A stretch of DNA of 64,000 nt from positions 6,427-70,426 of the forward strand of contig JAUZRF010000052.1 in NCBI GenBank assembly GCA_030950645.1. Reading direction: 5' to 3'. The notes under the pieces were generated by a model, which was not told the origin of the DNA, did not search any database, and saw only the letters and a list, made by a program, of their open reading frames with translations. A program made the position numbers and the translations under genes. Origin of the DNA: Mariprofundales bacterium (lineage in GTDB: Bacteria > Pseudomonadota > Zetaproteobacteria > Mariprofundales > J009). Below are positions 34,713-43,008 of the stretch, one piece after another. Each line of letters begins with the position of its first letter. Position 1 is the first letter of the stretch.

Positions 34713-35557
34713 TCTCCGCTATCCTTATCGTCTTCCGCGAAATGATCGAGATGGCGCTCGTGCTCGGCGTATTGCTCGCCGCCACCGATCAACTGCCCAA
34801 CTCTCGGCGTTGGATCGGTGCGGGTGCCGCATTGGGTGCCGTAGGAGCCTCCGTAGTCGCTTGGTTCATGGAGGCGATGGAGGGAAGCTTTGACGGCAAC
34901 GGGGAGTTTATGTTCAACGCTGCGGTACTGATCATGGCATCCCTATTGATCGGCTGGACCGTCATCTGGATGCAGCGCCACGGCAAGAACATCCAGACCC
35001 ATACCCGGCAGTTAAGCCAAGCGGTAGCAACGGGCGAAGCCCCAGTCACCGCACTGGCGATCATCGCGATGGCATCCGTCATGCGGGAGGGGTCTGAAGC
35101 GGTATTTTTCCTGCTTGGCGCCGTGCAAGCGACCGATCAAGATGGCTGGAGTATCGCCATTGGGGCAGGCGCTGGCATTGTACTCGGTGCCGTGGTGGCG
35201 TGGGGGATCTACAAGGGATTGCGCTATATTCCACTCAAACAGACCTTTCGAGTCATCAACACCCTGCTTATTCTGCTGGCTGCGGGCATGGCATCGCAGG
35301 CGGTGTGGAACCTGGTCGCCATCGAAAAGCTGCCACCGCTCATCGACCAACTATGGGATAGCTCATGGTTGCTCACACAGGACAGTCCCGTTGGCGAACT
35401 GCTCCATGCGCTGATTGGCTACGACCCACAGCCCAGTGCGATGCAAATCCTAGTCTTTGTCGCCACGCTCTTGATCTTGGCTTGGCTCACCACCAAAGGT
35501 TCGGCAACACAAGGCCAGAGCATCGACAAACAGACCATCAGCGCCCCGCATCTTTAG
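34709..35557 (+). CDS. FTR1-family high-affinity iron permease
   Basis: Multi-TM protein with two RExxE motifs (FREMIE near the N-terminus, MREGSE mid-protein). ATG 34709 forms an ATGA overlap with the fur-like stop. Confidence 0.85.
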   Translation: MISAILIVFREMIEMALVLGVLLAATDQLPNSRRWIGAGAALGAVGASVVAWFMEAMEGSFDGNGEFMFNAAVLIMASLLIGWTVIWMQRHGKNIQTHTRQLSQAVATGEAPVTALAIIAMASVMREGSEAVFFLLGAVQATDQDGWSIAIGAGAGIVLGAVVAWGIYKGLRYIPLKQTFRVINTLLILLAAGMASQAVWNLVAIEKLPPLIDQLWDSSWLLTQDSPVGELLHALIGYDPQPSAMQILVFVATLLILAWLTTKGSATQGQSIDKQTISAPHL

Positions 35558-35613
35558 AAGCGCGGCAGCGTTCCCGATTCTTTTTTGCTGTGCCCTCGCT
35601 AGGCTTCGCTGAT

Positions 35614-35862
35614 ATGATGCCCATTGATAGCCAACAGCTTGAACAATTGATTGCCAGCGCCATTCCCGATGCTGAGGTATCGGTGCGCTGCTTCTCCGGC
35701 GATGACCATTTTGAAGTTGAAGTGATCTCCCCCACCTTTGCCGGCAAAACCCGAGTCGCACAACACAAGATGGTCTATGCCGCACTTGGCGATCGTATGC
35801 GTCAGGCCATCCATGCCTTAGCTCTCACGACCCGTGCAGAGCGCACCACCAAAACCCACTAA
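35614..35862 (+). CDS. BolA-family protein
   Basis: 82 aa. DDHFEVEVISPTFAGKTRVAQHKMVYAALGDRMRQAIHALAL is a typical BolA pattern (F.G...v.rHr.Vy..l......iHAl). The longer track ORF from 35365 overlaps the permease. Confidence 0.8.
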   Translation: MMPIDSQQLEQLIASAIPDAEVSVRCFSGDDHFEVEVISPTFAGKTRVAQHKMVYAALGDRMRQAIHALALTTRAERTTKTH

Positions 35863-35887
35863 ACCTCAACAGGAGTACCCTTTATCC

Positions 35888-36193
35888 ATGACCATTCAGG
35901 AAAAAATCGACCGCGTAGTCAAAGACAATACTATTGTGCTATTTATGAAGGGCACCGCAGAGTTCCCGCAGTGCGGGTTTTCTCAGCAGGTAGTCGCCAT
36001 TCTCAACCAACTCGGCTGTGAATTCGCCACCTTCAATGTCCTGCTTGATGATGCGGTTCGCCAAGGCATCAAGGAGTATTCTGACTGGCCAACCATCCCA
36101 CAACTCTATGTGAAAGGTGAATTTGTCGGCGGTTGCGACATTGTGCGCGAGATGCACGATAGTGGAGAGCTACAAACCCTACTCGCCGCCTAA
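35888..36193 (+). CDS. grxD: Monothiol glutaredoxin (Grx4/GrxD family)
   Basis: VLFMKGTAEFPQCGFSQQVV (CGFS active site), DWPTIPQLYVKGEFVGGCDI. Confidence 0.92.
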   Translation: MTIQEKIDRVVKDNTIVLFMKGTAEFPQCGFSQQVVAILNQLGCEFATFNVLLDDAVRQGIKEYSDWPTIPQLYVKGEFVGGCDIVREMHDSGELQTLLAA

Positions 36194-36268
36194 TGGCTTG
36201 ACTTTTCGCACCACTCCTGTCACCTATCTGGAACGAATGTTTCACCTGTCTCCTCTTAGAGCGCGCTG

Positions 36269-37681
36269 ATGGCTGCGATGCAAACCTCAATCCAGCAAAA
36301 GCTTAGCCAACAACTTGCGTTAACGCCTCAGCTCACCCAAAGTCTGCGCCTGCTAGCGATGAACAACCTCGAACTTGATAGCTACCTCGATCAACTGCTA
36401 GAAAGCAACCCCCTACTGGAGATGGAGCAGCCGGAGTCTGATGACCATCCCCAAGAGACGGACACGACACAAACACAAAGCGATCAAGCTAGCGAAGATG
36501 CGTGGCGTGAAACGGGTGACGACCGTTGGGAGAGCATGTACCGCCAGTCAGGGCCGCTCGATGATGGGCGTGAGATGCAGTGGCAACGCGAACAAACCTT
36601 AGGCGAATCACTGCATGAGCAGATTGATCAACAGCCAATGGCGGGCAGCGAGCACGCCCTTGCCCATGCCATCATCAACTCACTCGATGACGATGGTTAC
36701 TTTCGTGACGATGCGGTGATCCTGGCCGAGCAGTTCACCACCACACCGGAACAGGTGCATCATCTGCTGGAGCATGTCATTCACCGCCTTGATCCCGCAG
36801 GTATCGGCGCGCGCGACCCGCTGGAGTGTCTGCTCCTGCAATTGGGCAACGAGGATGCCGATATTTGGGCACAGCGACTGCTATTGCAATACGCCGACCA
36901 CCTGACCGAATCCGATGCCGTATTGGCGGAGATGACGGGGATGGAGATCGCACAAATCGGTGCTGCCCGAGCACGCATGCAGCGCCTCGACCCATTCCCC
37001 GGTCACGGCCTGCATGGTCACAGCACGATTTACATCAAGCCCGAGCTCATCTTCCGCCTCACCAGCGACCACAACATTGAGGTGGAGGTGCCCAATGGCA
37101 GCTCCCGCATTGTCACCATCAATGACCAGTGGCAGGGGCATCAATGGAAAGGGAAAGAAAAAGCGTTCATGGATGCAGCCTCCACCGAGGCCAAGTGGTT
37201 GCTCTACGCCTTAGAACAGCGCAAAGAGAGTCTGCTCAAGGTAGGCACCGTGTTGGCACGGCGACAACGCGCCTTTCTTGAGCACGGAATGCTCGGCATC
37301 AAGCCACTAACGCTGCAAAATGTGGCGGACGAGGTAGAGTTGCACGAATCTACGGTATCGCGAGTTACTAGCGGTAAGTATGCGCAAACGCCGATCGGTC
37401 TGATTGAGATGCGTCGTTTCTTTTGCGCTGGCTTGCCGACGCGTGGCGGTGGATCCGTATCGGTCTACCGGGTGCTACAGCGCATCCGGGCATTGATCGA
37501 GTCGGAGCCACCAAGATTTCCCATCGCCGATCAGGCGATTGCAGACCGATTGCAGGCGGAGGGAATCGAGATTGCCCGCCGCACTATAGCCAAGTATCGG
37601 GAACAACTTGGACTGCTCACCAGCAGCCAGCGCAAAAAAGCGCACACAAGCTTAAAAAACCAAGCAAGGAGCATTAAATGA
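36269..37681 (+). CDS. rpoN: RNA polymerase sigma-54 factor
   Basis: Region I QQKLSQQLALTPQLTQSLRLL, an acidic region II, and the C-terminal HTH and RpoN box (ARRTIAKYREQLGL). The alternative ATG at 36278 gives the more typical MQTS.. N-terminus. Confidence 0.93.
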   Translation: MAAMQTSIQQKLSQQLALTPQLTQSLRLLAMNNLELDSYLDQLLESNPLLEMEQPESDDHPQETDTTQTQSDQASEDAWRETGDDRWESMYRQSGPLDDGREMQWQREQTLGESLHEQIDQQPMAGSEHALAHAIINSLDDDGYFRDDAVILAEQFTTTPEQVHHLLEHVIHRLDPAGIGARDPLECLLLQLGNEDADIWAQRLLLQYADHLTESDAVLAEMTGMEIAQIGAARARMQRLDPFPGHGLHGHSTIYIKPELIFRLTSDHNIEVEVPNGSSRIVTINDQWQGHQWKGKEKAFMDAASTEAKWLLYALEQRKESLLKVGTVLARRQRAFLEHGMLGIKPLTLQNVADEVELHESTVSRVTSGKYAQTPIGLIEMRRFFCAGLPTRGGGSVSVYRVLQRIRALIESEPPRFPIADQAIADRLQAEGIEIARRTIAKYREQLGLLTSSQRKKAHTSLKNQARSIK

Positions 37682-38244
37682 ATATATCCATCACCGGACG
37701 CAAGGTAGACCTTACCGAGCCACTCAAGGCCTATGTGCATGAAAAATTAGGCCATCTAAAGCATTCGTTTGATTATGTAGTGGATGTCAAGGTGACCTTA
37801 ACGGTGGACAAATTCCGCCACCATTGCGAAATCACCATCCAAGCTCACAGCATTGTGATCAATGGTAGCAAAGAGACCGAGGATATGTACGCTTCAATTG
37901 ATGGTGCAATCGACAAAATCAACCGCCAGCTCAAGCGCTACCGTGCCAAGCTACGCAAACATCAAGGGAGGGAGCAGACCCGCGAAGGTAAGCGCTTTGC
38001 GCTCGAACAACGCGTACTACGCTCCGACTACCAGGATGAACTCGCCGAAGATCATCAGCCCGAGACCATTGAGCACGAAACCATCCATGCAGACCCCATG
38101 ACGATTGATGAAGCCGTGATGCGCTTGGAGTTGGGCGAGCAGAACCATCTGCTAATATTCAGCAATGCCGATACTGAGCGACTCAACATCCTCTACCGCC
38201 GCGATGATGGCTCGATCTGCTGTCTGGATCCGGAGACCAACTAG
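37678..38244 (+). CDS. hpf: Ribosome hibernation promoting factor (long HPF)
   Basis: MNISITGRKVDLTEPLKAYVHEKL...VKVTL...HHCEITI, plus a C-terminal dimerisation-type extension (188 aa). It forms an ATGA overlap with rpoN. Confidence 0.9.
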   Translation: MNISITGRKVDLTEPLKAYVHEKLGHLKHSFDYVVDVKVTLTVDKFRHHCEITIQAHSIVINGSKETEDMYASIDGAIDKINRQLKRYRAKLRKHQGREQTREGKRFALEQRVLRSDYQDELAEDHQPETIEHETIHADPMTIDEAVMRLELGEQNHLLIFSNADTERLNILYRRDDGSICCLDPETN

Positions 38245-38274
38245 AGCAATCCTAATCAACTGCGAGACGAATAG

Positions 38275-38697
38275 ATGATCTCCCCCGATAATATCGTGTT
38301 GGAATCTGAGACCAGCAGCAAGCGCGCCGCCTTGAACCAACTGGCTGAGCGCCTGACATCACTCGACCCAGATCAAATCATGAATCTGGTGATGGCGCGT
38401 GAAAGACTAGGAAGCACTGGCATCGGCCACGGCGTTGCACTACCGCATGGCCGCATGCCAGGGCTCTCTGAACCCATCATCGCGCTCCTACGCCACCACC
38501 AGGGTGTGGACTTTGATGCCATTGACGGTCAGCCGGTACATATTGTTATCCTATTGTTGGTTCCTGATGACGATGACAAAGGGCACTTGGAGTTGCTAGC
38601 GCAATTGGCGCGCCGATTACAAAGCGACGCACTACGCCAACAGGTGATGGATGCCGCGGATGAAGAGGCGATCAGTGCGCTTTTCTGCCGTTCCTAG
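38275..38697 (+). CDS. ptsN: PTS IIA-Ntr (nitrogen regulatory EIIA)
   Basis: RERLGSTGIGHGVALPHGRM contains the phosphorylatable His motif of EIIA(Ntr/Fru). It sits in the rpoN-hpf-ptsN context. Confidence 0.85.
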   Translation: MISPDNIVLESETSSKRAALNQLAERLTSLDPDQIMNLVMARERLGSTGIGHGVALPHGRMPGLSEPIIALLRHHQGVDFDAIDGQPVHIVILLLVPDDDDKGHLELLAQLARRLQSDALRQQVMDAADEEAISALFCRS

Positions 38698-38757
38698 CCC
38701 CACCATGAACGCTCCCGCAATCCAGCATATTCCAACCAACGCCTAGCCGGAGTTCCG

Positions 38758-39714
38758 ATGCATACCCCGCGTATTACCATGGAACAGATACTCCGACTAG
38801 AGAGAAACACCATGGGGCTGCGCTTGGTGTGTGGCGAGAAGGGGCTGTACCGCTACATCGACCATCCTCGCATTCAAAAGCCATCACTTGCGTTTGCTGG
38901 CTTTCTTAAACACCTTCACGATTACCGACTCCAGGTCATTGGCCAAACCGAGCTCGACTACCTCGACACTCTGCCCGAAGCACGCCAACACGAAGTAGTC
39001 AATGCCGCCTTTTCGCTGCGACTAGCTGGGGTAGTCATCACCAATGGCACCGAGCCACCACCGGTCATCCGACTCGCCGCTGAAGCGACGGACATTCCAC
39101 TCATGGTCACGACAATGGACTCGGACTCCTTCATGACCAATATGTCACTCTTTCTCGCCCACCAACTGGCACCCTCAACCTACCAGCATGGTGTCTACCT
39201 CGACATCTTCGGGCTTGGTGTACTTCTGCTCGGAGAGAGCGGCATCGGCAAAAGCGAGATCGGCCTAGAGCTGTTGGCGCGTGGTCACCGTCTGATCGCC
39301 GACGACATGGTGGAGCTAGTGCACGAAGGCGCAGATATTCTGGTCGGGCGCAGTCCCGAAGCACTCCGTGACCACATGGAAATTCGCGGCATGGGCATTC
39401 TCAATGTACGCCTCCTGTTCGGAGCTGCCTCACTCACCCGCACCAAGCGCCTCAGTTTGGTGGTTGAGTTGATCCCTTGGGATGCTATCAGCGAGGAAGA
39501 TCGGCTACTAAGCCATGACGATCAAATTATGCTTCATGGCATCGAGTTGCCACGCACTCGGCTCCCCATCCGACCCGGCCGATCCATGGCTATTTTAGTT
39601 GAGGTTGCCACACGCAACCAGCTACTGAAACTCAATGGAATGAATAGCAACGAGATGTTCGCGGAGCAACTGCAACAGCGTATTCAAGCGCAAACAAAAG
39701 ACGAAGAACAATGA
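38758..39714 (+). CDS. hprK: HPr kinase/phosphorylase
   Basis: 318 aa. P-loop GESGIGKSEIGLELLARGHRLIADD and the signature MEIRGMGILNV. Confidence 0.9.
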   Translation: MHTPRITMEQILRLERNTMGLRLVCGEKGLYRYIDHPRIQKPSLAFAGFLKHLHDYRLQVIGQTELDYLDTLPEARQHEVVNAAFSLRLAGVVITNGTEPPPVIRLAAEATDIPLMVTTMDSDSFMTNMSLFLAHQLAPSTYQHGVYLDIFGLGVLLLGESGIGKSEIGLELLARGHRLIADDMVELVHEGADILVGRSPEALRDHMEIRGMGILNVRLLFGAASLTRTKRLSLVVELIPWDAISEEDRLLSHDDQIMLHGIELPRTRLPIRPGRSMAILVEVATRNQLLKLNGMNSNEMFAEQLQQRIQAQTKDEEQ

Positions 39715-40601
39715 TTATTGTGAGCGGATTATCAGGATCGGGCAAGAGTACCGCGCTGCACACCTTGGAAGACTTGGGCTGTTTTTGCACCGACAATCTG
39801 CCACCAGAACTACTCTCCGACTGGGCCGCGCAAGCCTTACGCAATCACCAATATGCTGCCGTCTGCGTCGATGCCCGCAGTGCCGAGTCCCCGCAACTGC
39901 TGGCACAAGATCTCCAGCGCCGCATGGAACAAAACCATCGCTGGAAATTGCTCTTTATCGACAGCACTGACCGCGCCCTACAGCGCCGTTTCTCCACCGT
40001 ACGCCGCAGACACCCCTTTGCCCCGAACACCAACATCCCCGAGGCCATTACCCGTGAGCGGAAGGCTTTAGCACCGCTCCGCGAACAGGCGGATAGGGTG
40101 CTCGATAGCAGCGAGCTCAACCCATACGAGCTTGCTGACCTAGTCGAACAGTTTTGGATGGCACACGAACAGACGGAACACAAAAGCCAACAACTGTTTA
40201 CCAGTCTGGTCTCATTCAGTTACCAACGAGGACTCCCGGAGAGTGCCGATATGGTGATTGATATTCGTTTTCTGCCCAACCCCCATTATGAGACCGACAT
40301 GGCGCAATTAACCGGCCAAGATGCCGAAGTCGCCACATTTCTCCACGGATTCAGTCAAACCAACACCGCATTAGAACAGATACAACAGTGGCTCACCACC
40401 GTGCGCCCGCAAATGGTTACCGAGCGCAAACACCATTTCACCTTGGCAATCGGATGCAGTGGAGGACGCCACCGCTCGGTCTATATGGTAGAGCAACTGG
40501 CCCAATGGATGCGCCAGCAATCCGAATGGCTGCCACTCAATGTGCGCCATCGTGAACTCGGCCTACAACGCACCATGACAACTACGAATAACGAGGGGTA
40601 A
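39711..40601 (+). CDS. rapZ: RNase adapter protein RapZ (YhbJ family)
   Basis: MIIVSGLSGSGKSTALHTLEDLGCFCTDNLP and C-terminal IGCSGGRHRSV. It forms an ATGA overlap with hprK. Confidence 0.9.
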   Translation: MIIVSGLSGSGKSTALHTLEDLGCFCTDNLPPELLSDWAAQALRNHQYAAVCVDARSAESPQLLAQDLQRRMEQNHRWKLLFIDSTDRALQRRFSTVRRRHPFAPNTNIPEAITRERKALAPLREQADRVLDSSELNPYELADLVEQFWMAHEQTEHKSQQLFTSLVSFSYQRGLPESADMVIDIRFLPNPHYETDMAQLTGQDAEVATFLHGFSQTNTALEQIQQWLTTVRPQMVTERKHHFTLAIGCSGGRHRSVYMVEQLAQWMRQQSEWLPLNVRHRELGLQRTMTTTNNEG

Positions 40602-40604
40602 GGC

Positions 40605-41012
40605 ATGGTAGGCATCATTATCATCGCCCATGGCGATCTGGCACAAGCACTACACCACGCGGTCGAACATGTGTTAGGTAAGCAGCGTCAGATGGAATTT
40701 ATCAATGTGGCAGCAGATAGCGATCCAGTCGCATTGCAACACCAACTTGATCGTTGCATTGATCAGTGTGACGGCGGCAATGGCGTGATTCTTTGCGCCG
40801 ATATGTTTGGTGGCACGCCATGCAATGTTGCTCTCGGCAGACTGGATCCAGAGAAGATCGATATTCTCTCCGGCATCTCACTGCCCAGTTTAATCACCAT
40901 CGCCAGCGAACGCAGCCAAATCGCTGACCCTACCGCGTTGGCGCGCAAAGGAGCCGCCAGCGGCCGTCGCTATCTGTGCATGGCCTCCACCATGCTGAAA
41001 CCCGGGGCATGA
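40605..41012 (+). CDS. PTS EIIA component, mannose/fructose family
   Basis: MVGIIIIAHGDLAQAL (His in the AHG motif), DMFGGTPCN. Confidence 0.8.
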   Translation: MVGIIIIAHGDLAQALHHAVEHVLGKQRQMEFINVAADSDPVALQHQLDRCIDQCDGGNGVILCADMFGGTPCNVALGRLDPEKIDILSGISLPSLITIASERSQIADPTALARKGAASGRRYLCMASTMLKPGA

Positions 41013-41308
41013 CAAATGATGCGGACAAACCCAATCAGCACCAAAAAATCACCCTTACTATTTGCAATAAACTCGGCCTCCATGCCCGCGCTTCCGCCAA
41101 ATTGGCGGCTTGCACCAGCGCCTTTGATTGTGATATCAGCTTGGACAAAGAGGGGGTGGCAATCAATGGCAAAAGCATTCTCGGCATTATGATGCTGGCT
41201 GCAGCCAAGGGTACGGAACTCACCATTACGGTAGATGGCCACGATGCTGCCGCCGCCCTAAATGCCATCCAACAACTGGTTGAGAACCGTTTCGGGGAAG
41301 ATGAATGA
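41009..41308 (+). CDS. HPr-family phosphocarrier protein
   Basis: NKLGLHARASAKL (His-15 equivalent) and NGKSILGIMML (Ser-46 equivalent, the HprK target). ATG 41009 forms an ATGA overlap with the EIIA stop. Confidence 0.88.
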   Translation: MTNDADKPNQHQKITLTICNKLGLHARASAKLAACTSAFDCDISLDKEGVAINGKSILGIMMLAAAKGTELTITVDGHDAAAALNAIQQLVENRFGEDE

Positions 41309-43008
41309 ACCAGCCGGAGCGCAGACAAGTGCTACGCCAACACGGCACCGCCGCATCAGCAAGCAGTGGTGTCGCCATCGGTCAGGTGCAACGCCTCTCC
41401 AGCCTGATGCCACATGTGCCGCATCACCACATCTCGAATTCCATGGTAGAATTGGAGCTTGACCGTTTCCGCCATGCCCGCCAAGCCGCCATCACACGGG
41501 CACAAAAAGAGTTAGAATCACTCGCGCGGATGGAGGATAGCAACCCCGCACTCCTTATCAAAGCACACTTGATGCTGCTCAACGACCCCAATTTCATCAA
41601 TGCCATTATCGTCCATATCCGCGACGGACTCCACAACTGTGGCTGGAGTATACAACTGGGCGTGAGCTCCATGCTAGGGAAATTTAACACTACCGAAGAC
41701 ACATACCTGCACGAAATGCGCAATCAGATTATGCATGCAGGTCATCGCATTACCAGTCACCTAACCGAAACCGACACCTCTCCCCTTGATAGCAACCACG
41801 ACACCATCATCCTTGCCGACGACATCCCCCTGCCCGAAGTGGTTCGCTACTGGCAGCGTGGAGCCGCAGGGCTGATCACCTTCCAAGGTGGCGCAAATAG
41901 CCACATGATTGTGATGAGCCGTGGCATCGGTATCCCGGCACTGGCGGGAATTGAGCAAACCACACTCCATCATGCTCGTGACGGGGACACCATCATTCTC
42001 GATGCTGAGCGCCAACGCTGGATCCTCAACCCAAATCCGGAAGATATCGCCCACTATCAGCGATTTACCTCCGCCATGCAACAGGCCAATGCCGAACTGC
42101 AAAACTTTGCGAACCAAGCGTCAGTTACCCTCGATGGGGTGGTAGTCGAGCTACTTTGCAATGTTGAATTTCCACAAGAACTTGAGCAGGTACTCCGTAG
42201 TGGTGTCAATGGTATTGGACTACTTCGCACGGAATTTCTCTTTCTCACCGCCGATCACCAGCCCGATGAGGAGGAGCAGTTCCAATTTTACCGGCCATTT
42301 GTCAATGCGATGGGCGATCGGCCCACCACCATTCGTCTGCTCGACATCGGTGCAGACAAATCGCTTGCCTTCGATCTATTGAAAAACAACAACTATAGCG
42401 GTGAAAACCCTGCGCTTGGCATGCGTGGAATTCGATTATTGCTCCACGCTCCCGAGCTACTACGGGCACAAATTCGCGCCCTTCTCCGGCTATCTGAACA
42501 TGGCTCGATAAAAATATTGGTGCCGATGATCACCCATCGCGATCAGATGGAACAGGTGCGTACTATCATCCGCAACGAGGCGATGGATCTCGGCATTGCC
42601 GCCGATACGGTGCCACTCGGCGCCATGATCGAGGTTCCCGCCGCCGCCATCATCGCAGATGAACTCGCCGAGGTCAGTGACTTCTTCTCGATTGGCAGCA
42701 ATGACCTGATCCAATACACCTTAGCAGCAGACCGCTGCGACGAGAATGTGTTTGGCTGCCGGCGCGATATTGCCGCACATCCGGCAATTCTCCAGCTCAT
42801 CTCAATGGCCGCAGCCAGCGCTCACGCCGCAGATATCCCCATCTCGTTATGTGGCGAACTCGCTGCCGATCCGGCGTGGATCAAACCCCTGATTCAAGCA
42901 GGCATCACTACCTTTTCAATGCACTGCAACAAAATTTTGCCGCAACGCCGCCATATTCGCCACCTGATGGTGGGCAATCAGAACAGCAGTGCAGCCACCT
43001 CGGGATAG
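41305..43008 (+). CDS. ptsI: Phosphoenolpyruvate-protein phosphotransferase (PTS Enzyme I)
   Basis: 567 aa with no GAF domain. It has GGANSHMIVMSRGIGIPA (active His), GIGLLRTEFLF and SIGSNDLIQYTLA motifs. It forms an ATGA overlap with the HPr stop. Confidence 0.88.
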   Translation: MNQPERRQVLRQHGTAASASSGVAIGQVQRLSSLMPHVPHHHISNSMVELELDRFRHARQAAITRAQKELESLARMEDSNPALLIKAHLMLLNDPNFINAIIVHIRDGLHNCGWSIQLGVSSMLGKFNTTEDTYLHEMRNQIMHAGHRITSHLTETDTSPLDSNHDTIILADDIPLPEVVRYWQRGAAGLITFQGGANSHMIVMSRGIGIPALAGIEQTTLHHARDGDTIILDAERQRWILNPNPEDIAHYQRFTSAMQQANAELQNFANQASVTLDGVVVELLCNVEFPQELEQVLRSGVNGIGLLRTEFLFLTADHQPDEEEQFQFYRPFVNAMGDRPTTIRLLDIGADKSLAFDLLKNNNYSGENPALGMRGIRLLLHAPELLRAQIRALLRLSEHGSIKILVPMITHRDQMEQVRTIIRNEAMDLGIAADTVPLGAMIEVPAAAIIADELAEVSDFFSIGSNDLIQYTLAADRCDENVFGCRRDIAAHPAILQLISMAAASAHAADIPISLCGELAADPAWIKPLIQAGITTFSMHCNKILPQRRHIRHLMVGNQNSSAATSG

